This document shows, one piece after another, positions 9,202 to 23,840 of a DNA stretch of 30,405 nt (its first letter is position 1; every line of letters begins with the position of its first letter). The stretch lies in assembly GCF_000372725.1 (NCBI RefSeq), contig NW_005201191.1, forward strand, positions 154,745 to 185,149. Direction: 5' to 3'. The DNA is from Emiliania huxleyi CCMP1516. Taxonomy: Eukaryota. Position numbers and translations under genes: made by a program. The notes under the pieces were generated by a model. It did not search any database and was not told where the DNA came from. It saw only the letters and a program-made list of their open reading frames with translations.

Positions 9202-10981
9202 GGAGGGCGCCTGGGTCTAAATTTAAATTCGAGGGGCCAAAATATGCCGCGAGGAGGGCAGAGTTGCGCCGAAAGGCGGGAGAAGCCGCGAGAGCAAGGG
9301 ATCGGCAGGCGGCGGCGGCGTCGCAGGATGAGGCAGACGAGAGCGACGCGACAGAGGAGGAAGCGACAGGAGGGAGAACGACGAGAGTGGGACGACCGCG
9401 AGGTGGCATGAAGGTTGCAGCGAGAATCGGCGAGGGACTGCGAAGGGAGATAGAAAGAGGCAGACGACCAAGGGTTAGGGTGGGCGACGGCTAGCACCAC
9501 ACTCCTCTCCTTAAAATCCCTGTGTGGTGGCGGCGTGCCGTCCTCCCATCCCTCCCTTGGGTTGTCTGTTTTCTTTCTTTTTTCTAAATTTAGTGCGGTG
9601 TGAAGTGTTTATGTACTGCGCATCTTCAGTGCACTTTAGCGCGAATTTAGTGCGAATGTAGCGCAACTTTAGCGCAACTTCAGCGCAACGTTAGTTAGCG
9701 CAACTTTAGCGCAACTTTAGCGCAACTTTAGCGCGAATTCAGCGCAACTTTAGCGCGAATTCAGCGCAACTTTAGCGCGAGTTCACTGCGACTTTACATC
9801 CAGCGTTACCGGTAGCGAGGTTTAGTGCGTCTTTAGAGTCCATCCGCGCACTAGGATCCAGCCGCAGCCCATCGCTGACTTTCCTCCCCCTCTCCCCCGC
9901 AGTCCCCTGCCCACTCGCAAAAGTTCCCCGTCCGATCCCCAACCGAACGAAGGTTTTTCAGCTAAATATCAGCCTCCGGTGCTTTTCCGGCTGCTTCTCC
10001 GGGCCCGCCGTCCCGACCGCGGCAAAACGTTTGCCTGAAGCGGGGCGTGAACATAACGACTTTCGCAGACCACGGCCGAGCAGACGAGGGTGGCGCTGCC
10101 GTGGCAGCAGGGAGAGGCGAGGGGCACGCTCAACCTGCCGGCGGCGACCAAGGTGGAGGACCTCAAGCTGTGCCTCTCGGGAATCGGTTCTGTGCCTGTG
10201 CTCAGTCGGGAGATCTTGCTCTGGAGGGCTGCATATCTAGCCTCACTGGGAGCCTGCCTTTGGGTCACGAGGGCAGGGGCCAGGCATCTCCTGTGGTGCA
10301 TTCTTGGCAGCCAAGGAGCAAAGCACGCGGCCCTGGCTAGCTGTGGTGTGGCCGGGAAGCCGTGCTAAAGATGCGTGCCCGCACTAAAGAAGCGGGACCC
10401 ACACTAAATGTGGCTATGGCTTTGGACCTTTGCGAGAGGTGGCGAGCGGAGCAAGAGCGGTGTAGGCGCGTCCACGCGGCGCAGCGGCTCTCCCGCGACC
10501 CCGGCCCCTCTCATAGCCGCAGCCGTAGCCGCAGCCCCAACTCTTGCCGCTCTTCCGTGTCGGGTTGTGACGAGGGGTGAGGGGACACGGACGGATTGAA
10601 GATCCCTCACACCAAGATCGTGCAGGGCGGGGACACATGTCCCTAAATCCCATCTCGTCTCAGAGTTTGCCCGTTTTATTTATTTATTGTACTGCAGCTG
10701 CCCGCACCTAAAGTGAACTAAATGTGGCGCTAAATTGGAGATAAAACACACTAAATATGAGTTGTTTGTCTAAATATGTGCTAAACATGTGCTAAATATG
10801 TGCTAATTATCTGCTAATTTTTGAAAACCTCTCTCTAAATTTGCGTAAAGTCGAAAACACACTCTCTCTAAAAGTCGCGCTAAAGTCGCGCTATATACGC
10901 ACTCGAACACACACTAAATAGCGCACTAAACTATCACTAAAGTTCATTCACACGCACTAAATTTAGACCCAGGCGCCCTCC
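9202..10981. mobile_element. Non-autonomous TIR DNA transposon (MITE/foldback-like) with subterminal repeats
   Basis: Left end ggagggcgcctgggtctaaattta[retro insert]gtgcggtgtgaa; right end ttcacacgcactaaatttagacccaggcgccctcc is its reverse complement. Arrays of tttagcgcaac at ~9635-9795 and of the opposite-orientation motif (ctaaa...) at ~10705-10960. No transposase ORF and no clean TSD seen. Confidence 0.8.
9226..9583 (+). mobile_element. 5'-truncated non-LTR retroelement copy C, inserted in the left TIR of the DNA element
   Basis: Aligns with 4071-4410, with the same ...VGDG* stop, 3' UTR and T tail. TSD ctaaattta at 9217-9225 and 9584-9592. Confidence 0.85.
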
Positions 10982-11003
10982 CCCAGCCCGACGCTCACTA
11001 CAG

Positions 11004-11047
11004 TTGAGCACTTGAGCACCGGATAGGGTCGATTCCGCATGGTACGG
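11004..11047. repeat. 44-bp dispersed element, copy 1
   Basis: ttgagcacttgagcac(c/t)ggatagggtcg(a/g)ttccgcatggtacgg is also at 20839-20882, with 2 mismatches. Confidence 0.8.
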
Positions 11048-11188
11048 ACAGATGATGACGGCACGCACGAGCGACACACAGACACAAACAGTTCCTTGCG
11101 GGTTTGCGTTCGCCAGATCGTTTTTTTTCAATATTTTGAAACCGACGCCGATGACACCGCACGGGTACCGTCTCCAGGTTCTTTCGCG

Positions 11189-11908
11189 ATGGGCCGCAGC
11201 GCCGGTCCGACCCGTGTGCTCGTCGTGATCGGCTCGGAGTCGGGCACGACCACCGGCATCATACGTGGCATCGTCTCGAAGTGGGAGAAGAAGCTGGACG
11301 GGAAAACCAAGAGCTACGTAATCGAGCAAACCTCGCGGCCGTCGACCGACGTCGCGAGCCTCATGGATAAGTGCGATGTCCTCATCGTCGCGACCAGCTC
11401 CTACGGAGAGGGAGATCCGCCGGACAACCTTGAGCGCTTCTTCAACGCCCTGCACGCAGCGGCAAAGGGCGTCGACGGCGCGCCACCGACACAGATTCTG
11501 TCCGGGCTGCAGCATGCCGTCCTCGGCAACGGCTCCTCGGTCTACGACACCTTCCAGAACTGCCCGCGGCTGCTCGACAAGTGGATCGGTGAGTGCGGCT
11601 CGCGGCGGATGGCCAAGCGCGCCGAGCTCGACGAGACGCACGACTCCAACGACCCGGTCGAGAAACAGGCCGACTACCTTCGCTGGGCCGACGAGATGTT
11701 CGGGCTGCTCCAGGCGCTGCCCTCGCCGGACGAGAAGGAGGTGTGCGCGTGGACCGAGCCGTCTGCGCAGATCCTGATGCCGGACGAGCCCGGGCCCTCC
11801 GGTCCCCTGGGAACGATGCTGATGTGGATGACGCTCGGGGCGGCGGTCGTCGTCGGCGTTGGCTACCAGCTCTTCTTCCGCGACGCGGCGGCGGCAGGAG
11901 AGGCGTGA
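11189..11908 (+). CDS. Flavodoxin-like FMN-binding protein with C-terminal transmembrane anchor, paralog 2
   Basis: MGRSAGPTRVLVVIGSESGTT...SSYGEGDPPDN...HAVLGNGSSVYDTFQNCPR...TMLMWMTLGAAVVVGVGYQLFFR. Same N-terminus and ATG context (ccaggttc..gcgATGGGCCGCAGCGCC) as paralog 1, so the ATG at 11189 is preferred. Confidence 0.9.
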   Translation: MGRSAGPTRVLVVIGSESGTTTGIIRGIVSKWEKKLDGKTKSYVIEQTSRPSTDVASLMDKCDVLIVATSSYGEGDPPDNLERFFNALHAAAKGVDGAPPTQILSGLQHAVLGNGSSVYDTFQNCPRLLDKWIGECGSRRMAKRAELDETHDSNDPVEKQADYLRWADEMFGLLQALPSPDEKEVCAWTEPSAQILMPDEPGPSGPLGTMLMWMTLGAAVVVGVGYQLFFRDAAAAGEA

Positions 11909-12190
11909 CGGCGCCACAACACGCCACCCGTGCACAGCGCCTCTGTCAACTCTGGTGGGGGGGGCACGCCTGCCAGAGGTATCACACTCGGCGAGTCTGT
12001 GGCCATTCTACATGGGTATATTTGGGAGTCGACAAACCGCACGATGCTTTTTACGTATGTAGAAAGTGAGTGCAGAAGAGCAAGAGGGGGGGCGGGCGGG
12101 GGGGGGGGGGCGAGCGGCAAGCATTGACAGGACGGAAGGCGGCCAAATCGAGCGGCCTTGCGGAATGTTCACGGCAGACCCCACCCGACA

Positions 12191-16703
<4,513 letters not shown>

Positions 16704-17144
16704 GGCTCGGAGCGTCGACTTGTGTTCGTGCTCGGGCTTGCCACAGCTTGGGCGACGCGGGCTTGCCACAGCTTGGGCGACGCGGGTTGTGGCGTACGGA
16801 AAAAAAGAAAGCGCGGGTTTCCACTCTTTGTTGCTCGCTCGCCCGGGCGGAGGGCATGGCCGCGGAGGAGGCGGGCGCGCGCTTGCCAGGCCTTCCGCAG
16901 ACAGCCTCTCGGGCAGACTGAGGGTCGGCTTTGCGTGGCGTGGCCCGTGCGCTGCGCTGCGCAAAGCTGCGTGTGCTGAGGGAGCATCTGGTGCTTCCTT
17001 TGGGAGGCGCGCACCTCCTGCGACTGCTGGAGGGCCGTGCCGCCGCGCGCCGGCGCGCCTGCTTCGTGGACAGGGGTCAGGGCGGGGAGACGGCGCCGCA
17101 GCGCCACAGCCTCCGCTGCAAGCCGGTGCAGCACTCTGCTGCTA

Positions 17145-17325
17145 GAGCAGGTTGTGAATGAGCTTGCCTGTGGCGGGGGTGGGGGAGTCGCTTAGGCGGC
17201 TCCCGTGGTGTACCTGTGTTAGTGCCAGTGCGCGCCAGTCCCGTGCCCAGTGAAAAGAAAGAAAGAAAGAAAACGGACAACCCAAGGGAGGGATGGATGG
17301 GATCCGTGCCCAGTGTTGTTGTGCC
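17145..17325 (-). mobile_element. Second copy of the host repeat, carrying a 51-nt retroelement 3' end (copy B, 17253-17303)
   Basis: Minus strand reads gcacaacaa-cactgggcacgg-[atcccatccatccctcccttgggttgtccgttttctttctttctttctttt]-cactgggcacgg-gactggcgcgcactggcactaacacagg. 12-bp TSD at 17241-17252 and 17304-17315. Confidence 0.8.
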
Positions 17326-17430
17326 AGGGCGCCCAAAATTCTTTTCCTCGACGGACCATCTGGCCTCCGCGACCTCCGCACCCGGGACCAACAGGTTAGC
17401 ACCCCCGGGGACCTGGGTTGAGAGCAGCGG

Positions 17431-20400
17431 ATGCCTACTACAGCTACTTTCCTAACCTGCCTGCTCGCCACTGCGGGCGGAGTACCTGAGAGAGGGTACA
17501 CGGCGGCGCTCGACGGCGGCGACGAGAGCGTGCTAGTCCGGCCTGGCAATCTGTTGCCGGCGGCGGAGCGGGCGTCGAGCAGCGTCGTGGCAGTCTCCGA
17601 TCAAGTCGTGAAAGCGGCTAAGCGAGGCGACGAGGCGGAGGTGCTGGCGTGGCTCGACAGCGGCGGGCGGGTCGACGCGATGTACGAGAGAGGCGGCGTG
17701 AGCGGCTTCACGCTGCTGATGGACGCCGCCTACTACGGCCACGAGCGGGTGGTCGAGCTGCTGCTGCAGCGCGGCGCGGAGGTAAACCAGCAGAACAGCA
17801 TGGGGGCCAGCGCGTTGATGGGCGCCGCCGACAACGGCCACGAGAAGGTGGTCGAGCTGCTGATTCGGCACGGCGCGGAGATCGACCTGCTGACCAGCGA
17901 CGGCAGCACCGCGCTAATGTACGCCGCCCAGGAGGGCCACGAGCGGGTGGTCGACCTGCTGTTGCAGCGCGGCGCGGAGATCAACAAGCAGGACAGCGAC
18001 GGCGCCACCGCGCTGATGAGTCCCGCCCGCAACGGCCACGAGCGGGTGGTGGAGTTGCTGCTGCAGCACGGCGCGGAGATCAACCTGCAGAACAGCGACG
18101 GCGTCACCGCGCTGATGTACGCCGCCCAGGCGGGCCATGCGCGGGTGGTAGAGCTGCTGCTGCAGCGCGGCGCGAAGATCAACATGCAAGACCGCCACGG
18201 CGTCACCGCGCTGAAGCTCGCCGCCGACTATGGCCACGAGCGGGTGGTCAAGCTGCTGCTCCGGCGCTGGGGGTTGCCAATGGCATTCTACTGGACGCAC
18301 GACACGATTCTAAAATTCTACTGGACGAGTGTGCTTACTACTGGCCCGACCCTCGCATACCTGGCGCTTACGGCCCTGTTGTTTTACGCCTTCAGCTTTC
18401 TATGGCGATTGTTCGCCGAGCAAGGTCGGAGGGGGCGCCCGCACCGGCTGCGTCGAACGGCGCGAGAGCGCGCCATGGCCTTGCTGTTTTCCGACATGAC
18501 CGCTCTCTCTTCTTGGTTCTTCCGCGCTCAGTTGTTGTTTGCTTCCATCCCCTTTGTAGTCTGGGGGTGGGCCAATACCTTGCTTTGGACTTTGGTGGGT
18601 GTTGTTCGGCCCTTGGATGCGAGAGCAGCGGAACCGGCACGAGGCGAGCGAAGGCGGCCACGAAGGCGTGGGGGGGGTGCGGAGGCAGACGCGGAGGCGG
18701 AGGCGGCGCGAGAGTGCGCCCGGCTCGAGGAGAGGCAGGAGCAGCGGGAGGCGCGGCGAGCAGAGGCGGAGGCGGCCAAAGCGGCCAAGGACGCGAGGCG
18801 AGAGGCGGAGCGCCGGGCGGCGGCGGCGAAGGCGGCGGCGGCCGAGGCCTACCGGCAGATGGCCAAGGCGCGCGACGCGGCGGAGAACCCTCCTGCGCCG
18901 GTGGAGCTGGGCGCCGAAGAGGTGTGTGAGTTGAGACAGGAGCCGTTGCCTCGCTGCTCCTCCCCAGCCACGGTTGCCGGCACGGCCTCTGTAGGTGCTC
19001 AGTGCGCTCGAAGCGGCGGTGGAGGTTGGGCGCGGCGGCTTCGGCGTCGTCTATGCGGTGGAGCTGCCTTCGCTGCCGGGCTGGGGCCGCGTTGCCGTCA
19101 AGCGAGCCCTCTCAGAGGTGGATGCGAGGGAGGTGATGGCCGAGGTGTCCAACTTGCGGAGGTGCGCGCACCGGGACGTATTGCCGCTACTCGGCTACTG
19201 CGGCGCGCCACGTGCGGCTTGCATCGTGACGGCGCTCATGCGAGGCGGTTCGCTCGATGACCACCTCCTGCTCTCCCCTGACGCGCGGGCGCGACTGCAG
19301 AAGCGGCTTCAAAGGCACTCCGGGGCTGTCGTGGTCGCAACGACTCTCGGCGCTCTGCGACGCGGCGAGGGCGCTGGTGCACCTCCACTCGAACAGCATT
19401 CTCCACCGCGACGTGAAGACGGCCAACATCTTGCTCGACGGCGCGCTGCTGCCGCTGCATACAGCGGGGGGCGAGAGGCGCGTCTTCACCGAGATCACCC
19501 GAGATTGCCCTAGATTGCTCTAGATCGCTCGAGAGCTCCACTCGTTAGGCGCGTCTACCGCGCCTTCCTCTCCGACGTCGGTCTCGCCAAGGAGCGGGCG
19601 GGCGGGTCGATGACCATGGCGACCAATGCGACCAGCGCCTTCTACTCGACTGGCTTCGCGGACCCGAACTTCCTCGACTCGAACCAGCACTCGGCCAAGA
19701 CGGACGCGTACGGGCTCGGCATCTCGCTGCTGATGGCGTTGACGGGCGGCGAGCCGTGCAGAGGCCTCAGGAGCGCGTACGAGGACGACGTCTTGGATAT
19801 GGTCGCCGGCAAGGAGGGCGCCGGCGGCGGGCTGCTGCATGCGGCGAGGCGGGCGGCCCACTGGCCTCAGGCGGCGACGCGAGAGCTGGTCAAGGTTGTG
19901 CACGGCCTCGTCTACGAGCGAAAGTCGCAACGCTTGCCTCTGCCAGAGGCGTTGGCGGCGTTCGAGGCGGCGTTGCGCTTCGGTGGCGATGACGACGGTG
20001 GCACGGATGCTGGAGCGGCCGCGGCGGCGCCGGTTGCGGCCGAAAGACCGACGGCGTCCGGCGCCGCTTTCTCGGCCAGCGGTGCCACATCCAGCGGTGC
20101 CTCGGCAAGCGCTTCGTCGTCGTCTGGGGGCGGCTCTCTGACGCGCGCGGTCGGCGGGCTGCACAAGGAATATGTGGCGGGCGGCGGCGATGCGTCCTTG
20201 GCGCGGCTGCAAGACCGGATCAGCAACGCGTATTTGTCCATGATGGGGCATCTCGAGCGGCGGCACGAGCAGTGCGGAGGCGCGCCACTGCCGAAGGGCA
20301 GCAGCGAGGAGGAGAAGATCAACGCGCTTGCGCCGCGCAGCGCCGGGCAGTCGCAGCTCTGCGACTCCGCGCACACCCTGCGGCGCTGGTACAATGCGTG

Positions 20401-20515
20401 CAGGCACGAGCGAGGCCAGTGGAGCGTGGGTGCGCGGCCGAGTGACAAGGAGGTGGCGCGGGTGATTGAGAGGATCAGGGGACTGCTGGACTCGGAGCGG
20501 GCCCGGCGGGCGTAG
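17431..20515 (+). CDS. Ankyrin repeat - transmembrane - coiled coil - IRAK/Pelle/RLK-type kinase - C-terminal helical (HEPN-like) domain; apparent frameshift near 19305
   Basis: Six ankyrin repeats (G.TALM.AA..GHERVVELLL..GA), hydrophobic segments at ~18330-18610, an E/A/R/K-rich coil, then intron 18922-18994. Kinase motifs VGRGGFGVVY, VAVK, HRDVLPLLGYC, MRGGSLDDHL, LSWSQRLSALCDAARALVHLH, ILHRDVKTANILLD; intron 19478-19548; LSDVGLAK, STGFADP, KTDAYGLGISLL. Stop at 20513-20515. Confidence 0.85.
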
Positions 20516-20838
20516 TCCGGTTTGGGTATAGCTATGCCTATGACTAGTTGCAACTCGCGTGAAAAACCCACTCAATTAACCCTTTTGCTTCATAAGGTTC
20601 CTGGAGAACAAATCTCGAGATATATATCTCCAGTCGTAGCGGTGGAACTTTAAAACGGCTCGGTAAATATTTAGCCATGCGGTATGAGAGGATTACGCCA
20701 CAGTGTCGTTTGAGTCGACAGTAAATCTCCCACAGCCCACGTAAATCCGTCTTTTTCAGGCACCCGGAGCCAGCCGCGGCCGCTTCTACGCCGGCGAAGC
20801 ACCATCAAGCTGCTGTACGGCCCCGGCATCGCCTCCCC

Positions 20839-20882
20839 TTGAGCACTTGAGCACTGGATAGGGTCGGTTCCGCATGGTACGG
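20839..20882. repeat. 44-bp dispersed element, copy 2
   Basis: Near-identical to 11004-11047. Confidence 0.8.
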
Positions 20883-21345
20883 GACCCCTCGATCGTCTCG
20901 CCCACCCTCACTGGTGTGTTCATTGGGGGGGGTCATGACAAACACGGTACAGGATCGAGGTGCACGCTGCCGAAGCAGTGTCGTCCCCCCTCTCCCCGAC
21001 GGCGATGGCGGTGTGACCGATCGAGCTACAAGAGGAGCTTGTTCAGCAGGATCCGGGATAGTCAGGCGCACTATCTCACTGGGCCTGAGATCACCACACG
21101 ACAGCATCCCGTCACCGTCTCGGATTTATGTGGAGTCGAACCACTCCGGGATGGGCAAGCCCATCGATTGTCATTTTGTTCCTCACCTGGGCCCGCGGGG
21201 GGGTTGCGGGATGAGTGGAGCTGGGACGGAGAGGGGGAAGAGAAGGGGAGGGCGGGAGGGGGGGGGGGGGGGGGATTTAAGCGGCCGGGGAACGGGGGGG
21301 GGGAGGGGGGGGAGGGGGGGCTCAGATAGTCGGAGACTGCAGTCG

Positions 21346-21418
21346 TAGCAACTCATAGACGTATTACACACACAAAGACTCAGAGCAACTCGCAGACGTA
21401 TTACACACACAGAGACCG
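21346..21418. repeat. Short tandem duplication, about 37 bp unit
   Basis: agcaactc..agacgtattacacacaca.agac occurs twice. Confidence 0.75.
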
Positions 21419-21496
21419 AAGTCCAGGTCACCCGTTCCCGCACTCGAACCACCTCAGACAGCCTCACCCCTGAGGATTGTCCTTCACCTATCCTAG

Positions 21497-23050
21497 GTCG
21501 ATGACTGGCTCGCTGTCGCTTGGGCGCTACTCAGCACGGACCACAACTTCATGCTCGAGGCCATCTACGCCGAGCCGTTCTCCTTTCGCTGGAGACTTCT
21601 ACCGCTGCTGCGGGCAGAGACGGTCGAGAAGAAGCTCAAGGAGTGTGTCGTGCTGACAGACGACGAGAAGATGACCGAATGCTTGCAGGCAATCCCGGGC
21701 GAAGAAAAGCGATTTCTGAACACGCGCATCAGCACGCTCAACTTGCTTCGGGCCATCGGCACTACCCCCAGCACGCTGGCCCAGACCGATAACCACGCAG
21801 CCTGGTGCCCCGACCGCGGCATGGAGGAGAGTTTCCAAGGCCTCACCCGCTTCGTGAAACTCTTCTCACACACGGAGACCATGGCAAAGACGGCGGCAGA
21901 CACGCCCGTCTACCGCGGCTCGACGCGCTTCATCACCGGCTCGAACCCGGACGCGCAACGCGAAGCGAGCAGCGCGGTGCTCGACCTGATTGGGCGCGCC
22001 GCTATGCGCCCCACATAGCGCTCTCAACCACCCTTGCGCGACGCAACACGATCAGCACCGCAGGCGGGCAAGGGCGGTGACGGACCCGGTCGGCGACCCG
22101 CTCTACGTGCTCTGCCTCGGTGCGCCGACCAACGTCGCCAATGCCCTGTTGATTGCTCCCGAGATCGCGGCCAACATCGTGGTGGTGTGGGACGCAAGCT
22201 CGAGCCTCACGGACGGGCGAGTGGTCCTGGGCGGTCTCAACCTCAACTCGGATTTGGTCGCGACCCGTGTCCTGTTTGAGTCGGGCGTGCCGCTTCTGTA
22301 CGTGCCCGGCTTCCCGACCGCGCAGGGGGTGCAGCTCTCAAGACCGGAGATGGACGCTTGGTTCAAGAGCGAGGGTCCCGTGTCGGATGCCCTCTGGGAG
22401 CGCTACGCGACCAACCCAGATTACTTCTCCTTTGGCACCTCCAAGTGGAACCAGCCCGGCACCACCCGCATGATGTGGGACACCTCCGTGATCCAGCCGT
22501 TCGTGCAGGGGCAGACGTTTGGGTATCGGAATGTCAGCGCGCCGCGGCTGGTGCAGCTCAACGCGACGTGCGATTCACTGTTCGACGTCAGCTGTAAGGG
22601 CACCTACCCGGGCGACCCAGCGGGGCACCTGGGAGAGTACACGTGCGAACAACTCTCCGAGGTGCGATGGCAGGGCCAAACTGCGGTTTCTATATCCTCT
22701 CGCCCCACCCCCACCGCCCTGCCCATCTCCACCTCGCCCGCTCGCGTCCCCTCTCCAGGACGGGAGGACCTGCGACGACGCCCTCTTCTTGACCGCCGGC
22801 GAGCGCGTGCCCACGCACGCGCCGACGCCCGGCGCGGGCGGAAGGGCCGGCGCGGGTGCGTGGGCACTTGGCGGTTGGTGGGTGGGGCGGCGGACGGGCC
22901 GGTGAGGCAAGCCACGAGCGGCCGCCTCGCCCTCCCCCAGAGATTGGCGCGGGCCGGTCGGTGGTTGAGATGACCTTCCAGGGTGGGCTCGCGAGCCGGT
23001 CCAACCCGAACCGCGACCTGCTGGTTAAGCTGAACCTGGCGGGCTTGTGA
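21497..23050 (+). CDS. Inosine-uridine-preferring nucleoside hydrolase family protein (first exon not found)
   Basis: After the acceptor at 21496: VDDWLAVAWALLS...LEAIYAEPF...PVYRGS...ASSAVLDLI|GRARA...PLYVLCLGAPTNVANALLIAPEIAANIVVVW...NLNSDLVATRVLFESGVPL...TRMMWDTS. Introns 21994-22063, 22662-22758, 22832-22940. Stop at 23048-23050. Confidence 0.85.
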
Positions 23051-23252
23051 AGTGAGCACAGACAGACGGCATGACGTGCACCACCGGCCTGAGCCATCGC
23101 AGCGCATTGCGACATTGTTTTCTCCCTTCACCCCTCTTTCGTCGTTTTCCCATTGTTTTGTTATCGTTTTCCTTCTTTCACCCCTTGTCAGAGAGAGAGC
23201 GCGGTGAAGCTGCTGAGCGCGCTGGACCTGTGCGGGCTGCTGAACGGTGGCG

Positions 23253-23840
23253 ATGTCGGGCGCGCTGGCGACAACATCCGCCGCGTCGGAGTTGGCCGCT
23301 GCCCAGGACACGCAGTACTCGTCGCCCGGCGCAGCCGGCAACCCGACCGACGGCGGGTCGAGCGGGGAGGCGTCTGACGCGCCCGCAGAAGCCCGAGCGG
23401 CTGCCGCAGGAGGAAGGGCGCCCGATGCGGCGCTCCCCGCGCCAGGCTCCGGCGCTGGTCCGCGCAGTGGCAGGCCGCAAGCAGAGAGGCAGCCGCCGCC
23501 GCAGCAGCAGCAGCGCCACCAGCCACCGCAGCAGCAGCGCGGCAGGGAGGCGGATCATCAGGGCCGCGCCGAGCGCGGGCGGCCCGCCGAGCGCGGCAGC
23601 TGCGGCGGGCGAGCGCGAGGGTCAGCCGACGAGCGCGAGGGCCGGCGCGCCGCGCGCAGCCCGTCCAGCGACCGGCGCTCGCGGCGGCGGCGGCGCAAGC
23701 AGTCGTCCAGCTCGAGCTCGAGCTCCAGCGAGTCGAGCGACTCGAGCGAGGAGCGGCGGAAGAAGGCGCGGCGCCGGAGGCGCAAGCAGCGCCGCTCCTC
23801 GTCCTCCTCCTCCTCCTCGTCCTCCTCCTCGAGTGACTCG
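23253..23840 (+). CDS. First exon of an Arg/Ser-rich low-complexity protein (remainder in gap)
   Basis: ATG at 23253, open frame with poly-Q, RRSRRRRRKQSSSS...EERRKKARRRRRK...SSSSDS, followed by donor gtgagc at 23841. Confidence 0.55.

Noticed and set aside
10996..11010. cactacag as a CACTA transposon terminus
   Set aside because: No matching inverted end was found, and the second copy of the adjacent 44-bp element lacks it.
11039..11188. N-terminal extension of flavodoxin paralog 2 in the ORF track
   Set aside because: It starts inside the 44-bp repeat, and homology with paralog 1 begins at the ATG at 11189.
21190..21320. Poly-G tracts as a G-quadruplex element
   Set aside because: Cannot be distinguished from poor-quality sequence.
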